Shown here: piece after piece, positions 52,532-64,000 of the stretch
Numbering within the stretch: the first letter of the stretch is position 1
Layout: the number at the start of each line of letters is the position of its first letter
NCBI GenBank assembly: GCA_951406725.2
Contig: OX597830.1
Location: 41,912,001 to 41,976,000, forward strand
Reading direction: 5' to 3'
Source of the DNA: Octopus vulgaris
Taxonomy: Eukaryota
Length of the DNA stretch: 64,000 bases
Position numbers and translations under genes: made by a program
The notes under the pieces: generated by a model
What the model was told of the DNA's origin: nothing
Database searches by the model: none
Seen by the model: the letters and a program-made list of their open reading frames with translations, nothing else

Positions 52532-55500
52532 CTGTAAAATAAAATAATAATAATAATAATAATGATGATGATGATGATGATGATGATGATAATAATAATA
52601 ATAATAATAATAATGGTTTCAAATTTTGCCACAAGGGCAGCAATTTTGGAGGAGGGGATGAGTCAATTACATTGACCCCAGTGCTCAACTGGTACTTATT
52701 TTATCAACCCCAAAGGATGAAACGTAAAGTAGACCTCGGCGGAATTTGAACAACAACAACAACAACAACAATATAGGGAGCTTGCTTCCGAGCTACATGG
52801 TTTCGGGTTCAGTCCCACTGTGTAGCACTTTGGGCAGGTGTCTTCTACTATAGCCCCGAGCTAACCGAAGCTTTGTGATTGAATTCGGTAGGCGGAAGAT
52901 ACTGCTGTGTGTATATATGTGCGTGTAGGTGCTCAGTGCCTCTCCGAAAGAGAGAGAGGGGAATAATAATAACAATCCTTTCCACGATAGGCACAAGGCC
53001 TGAAATTTGGGGAAGGGGGGTTGTTGATTACATCAGCCCCAGTTCTTAACTGGTACTTAATTTATCGATCCCAAAAGGATGAAAGGTAAAGTCAACCTCG
53101 GCAGAATTTGAACTCAGAACGTAGCGATGGGCGAAATACCACTAAGCATTTTGTCCAGCATGCTAACAATTCTGCCAGCCCACCACCTTAATAATGATGA
53201 TGATGATGATGATGATAATAATAATAACAACAACAACAATAATAATAACAACAATCCTTTCTACTATAGGCACAAGGCTTAAAATTTGGAGAAGGGGGAT
53301 TATCGATTACATTGACTCCATTACTCAACTGGTACCATATTTTTTTATGTTCGTTTGTTATCCTCCAGTTGAATTTTTAGTTTTACAAAAACAGACTTTG
53401 CAGTATTCTTTAGTAATGTGATTGAATGACTGTGAACATCTCTAACCGAACAAAGCACAATGTTTCTCGCCCCATTGCTCACTTTGTCATTCATCCGTCA
53501 TTTTCATCTTAGCTCGTCACTACCATGTAGCAAGATTCATCATCATCAACAACATCCACTTTTCCATGCTTGTGTAGGCCAGACAGAATTTGTTGAAGCA
53601 GATTTTTTTTTTTTACAGCTGGACGCTCTTCTTGTTGCCAACCCTCACCTGTTTCCAAGCAAGGCAATATTTCCCCATGACCAGACATGGTTTTCACAGA
53701 AATGAACAACAATACTTGTATGCTAGTGATGCTCATTTAGAATCGTCACATTGTCAAGACAAGGATACACAGAGACACAGAAACACAGGCACGATGGGCT
53801 TCTTTCAGCTTCCATCTACCAAATCCACTCACAAGGTTTTGGTTGGCCTGGGTCCCGTGGTAGAAGACATGTGTCCAAGATGCTGCACAGTGGGACTGAA
53901 ACTGAGACCACATGATTGGGAAGCAAGTGTCTCGACCACACAGCCACGCCTGCACCTAAGACAGTATGGCATCAGCAATAAAGAGCAAGGATTGTGCAAA
54001 GGTCAAGGTTGCTCCTAAAATCTGCATCAGTTTATTCTGAGGTGACAGCATCTTCTAAATTGGGTTGCCTTCATTACAGAGAAAGGATAACCTAAATTTT
54101 GGGTGATGAAAATCTGTGAAACACAATTAAACCATTTAGATGTTGAAACTAACAACCAATAAAGACAAGTGCTATTTTTGAAAAAGCCAGCCTTTCCGAC
54201 ATGTTGTCTTTGACTGCTAGAAGCTTCCATGACCAAACCACGCAAAATGTCACATTTTTTCTGAGTTAGTTTCATAACTTTTATGGGACTAAATTAATTT
54301 ATATATCTATTAACATCATTAGCATTATCAATGATAAAGAGTTAATAAAAACATTAAGCATAGAGAAATTCCGATAACGGAATATTTGGAAACAGAAACA
54401 TCAAAGGTAAGGACATGAAAGATAACATGCATGGCTGGTTAGATGAAGAATAGCCATGATAATATTCTTTTATTGGTTTCATTCAATGGACTGTGGTCAT
54501 GCTGGAGCAGCACCATCAAGGGTTAGAGTTGATGTAATTGACATTAGTCATTATTTCTGTCAGTTAGTTATTTCATCCATCTCTATTTCATTGCAGACGC
54601 AGTATAGTTGAGTGGCTGAGATGCTTGCTTTAGTCACACAGTTCCAAGTTCAAACCCATTGCGTGGCATCCCAGGCAAGTGTCTTTTACAATAGATCTGG
54701 GTTAATTCAAGCCTTCTGGATAACACTAGGTTGAAGGAAACTGTGCTGAAGCCTTGTCACATACTGCCATGTAGTGTAGTGGCATATAGTGTAGTGGTTA
54801 AAAGCACGGGCTACTAACCCCAAGATTCAGAGTTAAATTCCAGGCAGTGACCTGAATAATAATAACACCGAATGATATTGGTTTATTTATATGCTTGTAA
54901 CTTAGTGGCTCATCAAAAGTGACCATTAAAATAAGTACCAGATTCAAATAAGTATAAGAGTTGGTTGTTGCCAGTGCTGCCTAACTGGCTCCCATACTGG
55001 TGGCACATAAAAAGCACCATTCAAGCGTGGTTGATGGCTAACTGGCCCTCGTGTTGGTGGCTCGTAAAAAGCACCCACTACACTCTCAGAGTGGTTGGCA
55101 CTAGGAAGGGCATCCAGCTGTAGAAACCTTTCAGATCAGATTGGAGTCTGGTACAGCCTTCTGGCTTGCCAGTCCTCAGTCAAACCGTCCAACCCATGCC
55201 AGCATGGAAAGCAGATGTTAAACGATGATGACGATGATGATGAAGAAAGATTTGCTTGACTTGACACTTCAAAGTAGTGCCCCAGCATGACCACAGTCCA
55301 ATGACTGAAGCAAGTAAAAAAAATATACAGATATCAAAGGTAATAATCATCTATATGAACTAGTAAAAGACTATCTGGTTGCTTAACTTGCTGGAAACAG
55401 CAACCAAATCTCCCTCAAATCATACAATACTTTCTTAATGTAACATTCAGATTATTTCTGTCAAATGTAATGCTTGTGTGTTCATATTGGTTTCAATTAA

Positions 55501-58055
55501 TCATTCATTATCTAATATTTTGATGATCTGACTTTATTTTTAGAATGGCATTGTAGGATAGGTTTGAGAAGTCAGATCTGGTTGGTTTGAACATAAATTT
55601 GGTAGAATATTTAGACTGGATATAACTGGTTTAAATGCAAAAGGGTTAAAAAGGGAGGAAGATTACATTGGATAATCGAATTCTACACACATTGGTAGGA
55701 AAAAGAAAAAAAGGAATGGTCACAGGTAGGTCTGCTTAATGAGATATTCTTTTCCTTTCTTTTTACTTGTTTCAGTCATTTGACTGCAGCCATGCTGGAG
55801 CACCGCCTTTAGTCAAATCAAATTGACCCCAGGACTTATTCTTTATAAGCCTAGTACTTATTCCATCGGTCTCTTTTGCCAAACTGCTAAGTTATGAGGA
55901 CCTAAACACACCAGCATCGGTTGTGAAGCGATATGGGGGGGGGAACACAAACACATATATATATATACATATATATGATGGGCTTCTTTCAGTTTCTGTC
56001 TACCAAATCCACTCACAAGGCTTTGGTCGGCCGAGGCTATAGTAGAAGATACTTGCCCAAGGTGCCACGCAGTGGGATTGAACCCAGAACCATGTGGTTG
56101 GTAAGCAAGCTATTTATCACATAGCCACTCCTGCGTCTATAAAAAATATGGGGATAAAGAATTTAAAGTTTAATTTGCAGGATAATAGAGAAGTTGAGAA
56201 ATCTAAGACAGGATTCTACTTATAACCAACTCTGAAATTTTGGGGCAAAATGGTAAATTCTCAACAAGCACAGGTGTGACTGCACGGTAAGATGTTTGAT
56301 GTTTGTTTCCCAACCACACTGTTCCAGGTTCAGTCCCGCAGTGTGACACTTGGGCAGAAGTCTTCTATTACAACCTAGGGCTGACCAAAGCTTGGTGAGT
56401 GGATTCGGTAGACAGAAACTGAAAGAAGCCTGTGTATGTGACAAACACATGCACAAAGACATATATACACACACGTGCGCGTGTGTATATGTGTGTGTTG
56501 CCCACCATCACTGCACAAGCAGTGGTGTGTTTACGTCCCCCGTAACTAAGCAGCAGTTTGGCAAATGAGACAGAGAGAGAGAGTAAGTACCAGGCTTTAC
56601 GAAAAGAAATAAGTCTTGGAATCGATTTGTTCAGCTGAAATTCTTCAAGGCAGTGCCCCAGCATGGCTACAGTCTAATGACTGAGACAAGTCAAAAGAGA
56701 AAAGATAAAAAGATAAACATTCAAATACTGTAGATTAATTCCATTATAGGTAATTTGATGATGATGATGATGATGATGATGACAATGGAGGAGTTGTTTT
56801 GGCCCCAGGGTCTGATTGAGCAGACATGTGATAAAAAGTATTCCAGATGTGACCAGTCTGTCTGTCTGTCATTTTTTTTGTTTTTGCTTCAGAGATATCT
56901 AGAACTGAATTATGAAATGCGTCCTTTTATTATTTTAAGACAGCAGAGTGTGGCTTGAGGTAATTTGGCTATTTTAAGCAAGTTGAGCTGTATTGTTGCA
57001 GAGGCTTCTCGTGCTGCCTTTTTTTGCTCATGATGGATTTGGTAGTGACAGTGATGCTGTTGCTACTGACGACGACGACGATGATTACGATGGCAATGCT
57101 ATTACTGATATCAATGATGATGACAGCCATAGTAAAAATTGTATTGGTAGTAGTGATGATGATGATGATGATGATCATGATGATGGCAATGATAAGATAA
57201 TGAAGAGATGACGATGATGACGAGATGGTAACAAGATTACGATGACAGAGCAGTGCCTCCATATTATTCTTCAAGTTTTTTTTGAAAACATGTAAAGATT
57301 TATCTATCTCTGTGAATTTGCCTGTTTGCACATTTGTGGTGTACAAGAGTGCAGGAGTGTGAGTAAATGTAGTAAGAGAGAGAAGGAGAGAGGAGAGGAA
57401 GTGGGAGGGTGAGAGAGAGAGTGGAGGAAGAGGAGAGAGATGAATTTGAGTGATGAGGTATGGCATGTGTGTGTGTGTGTGTGCATGCATTATTTATGCA
57501 TTCTATTATTGGTTTCATTCTCTTTATTTCAGGTAACATAAGGTGTGCAATGAGAAAAAAAAAAGAAGAATAAGAATTATTGATTTCTATTTTTTCCTTT
57601 CCATTTTTTTTTGTTTTCATTTTTGAATTTTTTTTTTCAGCAAGACATTTCTAGAAGTCTGATTTTTGTAGCGATCACCTGCAAACAAACTATAATAATC
57701 TTTTGCATACTTCATTTGTAACAAAATTAAGAGTAAAAAAGAGAGAGAACAATATGAAGCAAAGCTGTGTGTATTTGAAAATGAAAATAAAATAGATTTT
57801 GATGGTAAGTGTTGTGATGCTTGCTAGAATTGTTTGTGTGTGTCTTTTAGCTTTTATCTTTTACTTGTTTCAGCCATTTGACTGCAGCCATGCTGGGGCA
57901 CCACCTTGAAGAATCTTTAGTCAAATGTTTTGACCCCCAACTGTTTTAAAGCCTGGTACTCATTCTATTGGTCTCTTTTGCGAACCCTCTAAGCTACGGG
58001 GATGTAAACACACCAGTAGTGGCTGTCAAGTGGTGGCAGAGGGACAAACACATAC

Positions 58056-58107
<52 letters not shown>

Positions 58108-58277
58108 GAGTGTGTGTGTATCATCATCATTGTTGTTTAATGTATGTTTTCCATGCTGGCATGGGTTGGACGGTTTGACTGATATCTGGAGAGCCAGCGG
58201 CTGCACCAGACTCCAATCTGATCTAGCAATATTTCTACAGCTGGATGCCCTTGCTAACACCAACCACTCCGAGAGTG

Positions 58278-58307
<30 letters not shown>

Positions 58308-58313
<6 letters not shown>

Positions 58314-59510
58314 GTCATCCCATAAATAATGAGGTTTTTCAATTGCATAAACTAGAAGTTGGAGTGGGGTGGGATAAACTACCTGCATTAACTTGCTATA
58401 AAAGCTAGTATTAATTTTACCTTGGTCTTATTCTTAGTGCAAATTTTGAAGAGTGCAGTTCGATTTTACCAGTTATTTTTTGAAAGCTATAATGGAAGCA
58501 TATTTGACATTTTGCTTTATGACTTCAATAAAGGCAAGAATGGAATGGAAAGTGCGAAGAATATTAATACAGTATATGGGAATTAGACAATAAGCATAAG
58601 CCAGTGTGAATGGTGGTTCCAGAAATTCTGAGAAACTACAGCCTAGAAGATGAGCCTCATCCTGGAAAATCTGTAGAGCTCAATGAGGATGTCCTGCAAA
58701 CTCTGGTGGAACAAAATCCCATCGTAACTGTTGAGGAACTAGCAGAGAAGCTTGAATTTGGTCATTCAGCCATTCATTTTCTGTGTGCCATCAGAAAAGT
58801 CAGTAAATTGGGTCAATGGGTTCCTCACAAACTTTCTGAGTCTAATCACACGCAGAGAGTGAATGTGTGCTCTTCTTTGCTGTCACATATCACAAATGAA
58901 CCATTTTTTGGACTGAATAGTGACTGGTGATGAGAAATGGGTTCTCTATAAAAATGTCAAGCACCAAAGACAGTGTGTAGGGAAAGGAGAAACACCAGCA
59001 CCCCAGGCTAAAGAATGTCTTCACCCACGTAAGGTGTTGTTCTCTGTTTGGTGGGATATGAAAGGTTTAGTCCATGTTGGACTTTTAAACCCAAACCAAA
59101 AGATAACAAAGGAAATCTACTGTGAGCAGTTCGAGTGGCTTAAGTCATTGCTAGGAAGAAAAAAAAAACACTCTTTGGTTTCAAGATGAAAGGTGTTCTT
59201 CTATCAGGATAATGCTCCACCCACCATATTCGCTGGACATTGTTCCATCTGATTATCAGTTATTCAGCTGTCTTCATAATCATTTGGATGGAAAAAATAT
59301 GAATGAGGTCAGAGCAGTACTGGAGGAGTATTTTTTTATCACAGACAAGTGAATTTTGGAAGAAGGGTCATGCAACTCTACCAGATAGGTGGAAGAGCAT
59401 TGTAGAAAATCAAGGAGTATATTTCAGATTAAAAAGGAAGTTTGTTTATCTTAATTTTGAAAAATAAGAGAAGTATAAAAAAACTGCATTATTTATGGGA
59501 TGACCCAAAA
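58308..59510 (+). mobile_element. Mariner-family DNA transposon, decayed
   Basis: TIRs TTGGGTCATCCCATAAATAATG / CATTATTTATGGGATGACCCAA with the left end in a (TA)n tract; transposase motifs WVPHKL, TGDEKW, HPRKVLFSVWWD, QDNAP, PSDY, LPDRW. Confidence 0.95.
58490..59432 (+). pseudogene. Mariner transposase pseudogene (frameshifts, stops, internal deletions)
   Basis: Motifs are split across ORFs 58610-58930 and 58920-59189 and later frames. Confidence 0.9.
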
Positions 59511-59527
59511 TATACATACATATACAC

Positions 59528-59752
59528 AAGTAAGCATATAAATACAAAACAAGGTGGGGAAAAAACAGTACTCGAATACTAAAAGTAGAGTAATATGCTT
59601 TATTATTAAAGCTGAAAAAATACCACAAAAATGTTACATGAAACTGCTACTCAGAGTTTCATGTTCCCTTTCATCTAGATCACAACTGTCTGAGAAATGG
59701 TAATGTGAAACTGAGTAGGAGTTTTTGTGATGTTTCTGCAGTTTTAATAAGA
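59528..59752. mobile_element. Second, more decayed family B fold-back copy
   Basis: High similarity to 42256-42492 with the same hairpin organisation. Confidence 0.65.
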
Positions 59753-61379
59753 AAAGTGTGTGTGTGTATACATATACATATTACAGGCTTCTTTCAATTT
59801 CCTTCTACCAAATCCACTCACAAGGCTTTGGTAAGCCTGTGGCTACAGTAGAAGACACTTGCCCAAGATGCCACACAGTTGGACTGAACCTGGGACCATA
59901 TGGTTGAGAAGCAAACTTCTTACCACACAACCATATATATGCTTATATATGGTATCTACACACTCGCAGAAAGGGTTAAATCATTAACTAATTCTTTTGT
60001 TATCATATTTTTGTTGAAATATCCTTCCTTTATTTCATTTGATTTTGAAAATAATGAAGAATTTGGTAAAATAAATGCTATTATTGAACTAGGGCTTGGA
60101 ATATAAATTAACTCGAAATTTTGATGGAACATTTAGTTTAGGTTACTTTAAAACAAGGATTTTTGTTTTACAGAATCAGAGGCAGTTTTAGGTGGACTGG
60201 TATAAAAAGAATTGAGACAATAACATGCTTTAAGATCAAGTATTTTCGTGTATCCAAGTTGTAAAGATACGTGTGTGTGTGTGTGTGTGTGTGTGATGCA
60301 TGTGCACACACATATTCTCTCATAATTAGACACATTTACAAATTAACACCTGTTCACTTTCTCACTCTCAGAAACATAACTTCATAGACAAACACATATA
60401 TTCACACACACACATTCTCTCTCTCTCTCTCCCAATATGTATATCCTAACAGATACAAAGATTGCAATGCATACACACATCTTTTATCTTTTACTTGTTT
60501 CAGTTACTGAACTGTGACCAAGCTGGGGCACCACTTTGAGGGGTTTTAGTCAAACTAATCAATCCCAGTTCTCAATTTTAACTTTAATATTTATTCTATT
60601 GGTCTCTTTTACCAAATTAATAAAACAACAGGGATGTAAACTAACCAACACCATCTGTCAAGCAGTTGGGGGGTGGGGACAAATACAATAAACACAAGGA
60701 CATATACACACACACAGCAAGTTTCTTTCAGTTTCCACCTACCGTGTTGACCTACTAATAAGTAGGTCGAAATATTTCTCAAACTCTCAAAAAAAAAAAA
60801 AAACACCAACAAAAATCCATTTAGCAAGTTTTGAAATCTTAAAATCTTTCTCAACCATAAAAAAAAAAAAAAAAAAAATCTCAATTCTTGAACATTGAAT
60901 TATCAAACTGATGAGAGTATGGTAATTGCATTTTATTTTAAAATTTTTTATTCCCCCCTCCTCCTCCTTTCAAAATACAGATTTTCAACATTAAGTTTCC
61001 CCACTTACATTTTCTACTGTGTCTCATGTTTATTTGCCAAAGAATCACCACAATGGCCTGCTACATTCTACGACATTCTTAATTTTTATTTCACCGCAAT
61101 TCATATAAACTGTCATTAAAAAGTTGGCCTGCTCAGTGAGTCACATGGAGGAGTTGAGTCATTCTCTCAAGAATTTATTGATAATTTCTTTTGCTAAAAC
61201 TTGCTGCCAACAGACAAAATGACCATGCATGCTTTCCTATCAAAATAATGGAGTGGAGAAACAGAATCACTGGAAACCTTTCAAGAAGGAATTTGTATTA
61301 CACAACAAGGATTTCCCAAAGTTTCAAATACAATGACCACCACAATGGCATTTTAGAGCCTATATCATAGGAACGCATG

Positions 61380-61434
<55 letters not shown>

Positions 61435-62168
61435 CTGTCATTGGATTATGGCCATTCTGGGGTACTGCCTTGAAGAATTTTAGTCAAACTGATTGGCTCC
61501 AGTGCTTATTTGTAAGCTGGTTACTTATCCTATCGGCCTCTTTTGTCACAAAGTTACAGGGATGTGAACAAACTAACACCAGTTGTCAAGTGGTAGTGGT
61601 GGTGATGGTGAGAGAAACACACACATGAAGGATGGGCTTCCACAGTTTCCACTTACCAAATTCACTCACAAGACCTCGTTTGACACATATCAGAAGACAC
61701 TTAACCAAGGTGCCATGCAGTGGGACTGAACACAAAACTATGTGGGTTGCAAAGTGAGGTTCTTAAACACACAGCCACACACACACACACACAAAGGAAT
61801 AACCAATAATATAAAAAAAAAAGGTAATTACAATAAGGGAGAAAGATTATTAATCATTGGTTTAATTGAATATTAAAGTTTTCTGTTATATTTAATTAAA
61901 ATACAATAATTAATATTTTTTAATTACTGAAAAGCTTAATTAAATAATAATTATTAGGTTATAACTTTCAAACTAAACTGACATCTAAAAATTAACCTAT
62001 GTCATATTATAACGATATGTTGGAGAAATAGATGGATAGATAATCTGAAGGATTAGCAGCTCACTTAAGGATTGTTCTGTTATCTTTGATATACATTACC
62101 TTAGTTCACCTAGCTGGGATTACGCAACTGGCTCTTCTAGGACATACAGACTTCTAATTATTTAAGTG

Positions 62169-62505
62169 AAGGTGCGTGACTCAGTGGTTATAGCACTGGG
62201 CTCACAATCATGAGTTAGTGAGTTCAATTTCCGGACCAGGCTGTGTGTTGCCTTCTTGAGCAAGACACTTTATTTCCTGTTGCTCCAGTTCACTCAGCTG
62301 TAGAAATGAGTTGCGATGTCACTGGTACCAAGCTGTATCAGCCCCTTTGCCTTTCCCTTGGATAACATTGGTGACATGGAGAGAGGAGGCTGGTATGCAT
62401 GGGCAACTGCTGGTCTTCCAAAAACAATCTTGCCCAGACTTGTGCCTTGGAGGGGAACTTTCTAGATGCAATCCCATGACCATTCATAATTGAAGCGGGG
62501 TCTTT
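62169..62505 (+). mobile_element. tRNA-derived SINE with a Nin/MESC-like central domain
   Basis: TGACTCAGTGG A-box, GAGTTCAATTTCC B-box, TTGAGCAAGACACTT...GCTCCAGTTCACTCAGCTGTA body. Confidence 0.65.
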
Positions 62506-62570
62506 TTAATTATTTAAGGAGAGAGTCATTTCATGTTCAGTTTTAACACTTCAGAAACCAGAAATAGCCC

Positions 62571-62794
62571 TTAACCCTTTTGTTACTGTATTTATTTTGA
62601 GATGCTCTCTGATTCTTTCAATTACTTTATAACAAAGAATTTAGTAAAATAGCTTAGTTATTATTAAGCTAGCGTTAGGAACATAGATTATGACTATGGT
62701 TTGGTGGAAGATTTTAATTCAAAACTTATGAAAACAAGACATTTGTACTCAGAGCTAGAGCTGGTTTCAGCCGGGTTGGTAACAAAAGGGTTAA
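62571..62794. mobile_element. TTAA-flanked piggyBac-like MITE, family 1 (inverted copy at about 1383-1610; fragments near 6640-6780 and 59975-60150)
   Basis: TTAA-CCCTTTTGTTAC ... GTAACAAAAGGG-TTAA. Confidence 0.85.
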
Positions 62795-63145
62795 TCCTTT
62801 AGCCTATCAAAGCTTTAAAAGCCAATTGAAGTCCTGGTCTCTGTAATAATTAAAGGGATGTATACATTGGAATACTTCCCTATTGTATACAGAGTACAAC
62901 AAAATATTTGCAATTTCTCAAAGCAATGAATTCTCCCTAACCTGCAGGTCCTATTTACAGCTATGTAGAGTGGGCTTTTTGGCAAGTAGTGTGTTCTTTA
63001 CTTCATTATGTCAAGCCATTGAAATAATGCTGTGTCAAGATGAGAATTACAGTCATGGCAAATGGTTTGATACCTGTCACCCTGTTTATGCAACTGCCTA
63101 CATTTTAAATAATTCCGTTTACCTTTTTTGTACATTAGACATTAC

Positions 63146-63310
63146 TATGATACATTATCCAATGAAAGGCAGGCTTTGATGCATTATCCAATGAAAAGAG
63201 GCAGGCTTTGATGCATTATCCAATGAAAAGAGGCAGGCTATGATGCATTAGCCAATAAAAAGAGGCAGGCTATGGTGCATTATCCAAAGGAAAGAGATGG
63301 ACTATGATCT
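63146..63310. repeat. 32-bp minisatellite, about 5 units (GATGCATTATCCAATGAAAAGAGGCAGGCTTT)
   Basis: GCATTATCC recurs at 63181 and 63213; units decay at both ends. Confidence 0.9.
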
Positions 63311-64000
63311 GGCCAGCTAGTAGGCTGATGATAGATGCTACCTTTGCTTTCCAGTTGAAATTGTTAATAATAGATGAGCAAAATTTAAACTGTGAAAGCA
63401 AATTGCACCAACCATAAATAAAAAGTACAAAACTAAGGGGAAAAAATATAAAAATGAAAAGAGAAAACTATTCCACTGATGTCATAAAATAAATGGAAGT
63501 AAAATGTTTAAAGGAAAAAAAAAATTAAGAAAAATAGAGTAAAATAAATTATGATTGTACAGAGAGAATTAACAATGGAGAGTTGAATTAAAAGAAAATA
63601 TATATAACGAATTTAAGATTATTGAGCTTATGATCTACAGGGGTCAACAAATGATTAAAGGTATTGTCTATTATTTCTCTCCCTCTCTGCTAAGGTATAT
63701 GACTAACATCAGGTATGACTCAATCAGCAGGTAGAATATAAACTGTAGCATTATAGAGAGAAACTCCCCACCAACTGACTCTTCAAACAATAGACAATTT
63801 TGGTTGAACTTCAAAATAATAATACTGATTGCATTATAACCTAGGTGATGAACGAGGGGATAGTAATAGTAGAACTTTAAGGAAAAAAGAAATGCTGGTG
63901 GAGGTATACAGAATTATTTGGGGGGTGGGGAATGGCATAGAAAACAACACAGTACAGAAAGACTGGAAAGATGAAAAGACAGGTCACAATTGGAGGGTAG

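Noticed and set aside
56969-57490. 173-aa ORF as an upstream BAZ2 exon
   Set aside because: Built from (CAT)n and CT repeats; no clear GT donor compatible with the phase-1 acceptor at 52531
63146-63310. CRISPR-like array
   Set aside because: Head-to-tail repeats with no unique spacers, in eukaryotic context with no cas genes

Overview
AT-rich, repeat-dense eukaryotic DNA. The SINE/MITE families and abundant (TA)n, (CA)n, (GA)n and (AAT)n tracts look like an octopus or related coleoid cephalopod genome (inference). The window lies inside one large minus-strand gene encoding a BAZ2/Toutatis-family chromatin protein (BAZ2B-like). I traced 10 phase-compatible coding exons from 52531 down to 8880, covering a Ser-rich region, the MBD/TAM domain and the charged coiled-coil, plus two candidate frame-preserving microexons (39 and 30 nt). 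The 5' exons and the DDT/PHD/bromodomain exons were not found in the window. The introns hold tRNA-derived SINEs, TTAA-flanked MITEs, a decayed mariner and RTE, R4/Dong and L1/Tx1 LINE fragments. Almost all ORFs in the supplied track are spurious. The most unusual signal is a set of fold-back elements carrying Penelope-type minimal hammerhead ribozyme motifs, in two clear families and one degenerate one. One family is headed by a tRNA-like Pol III promoter. A long intronic inverted repeat also appears to cover a candidate poison exon.
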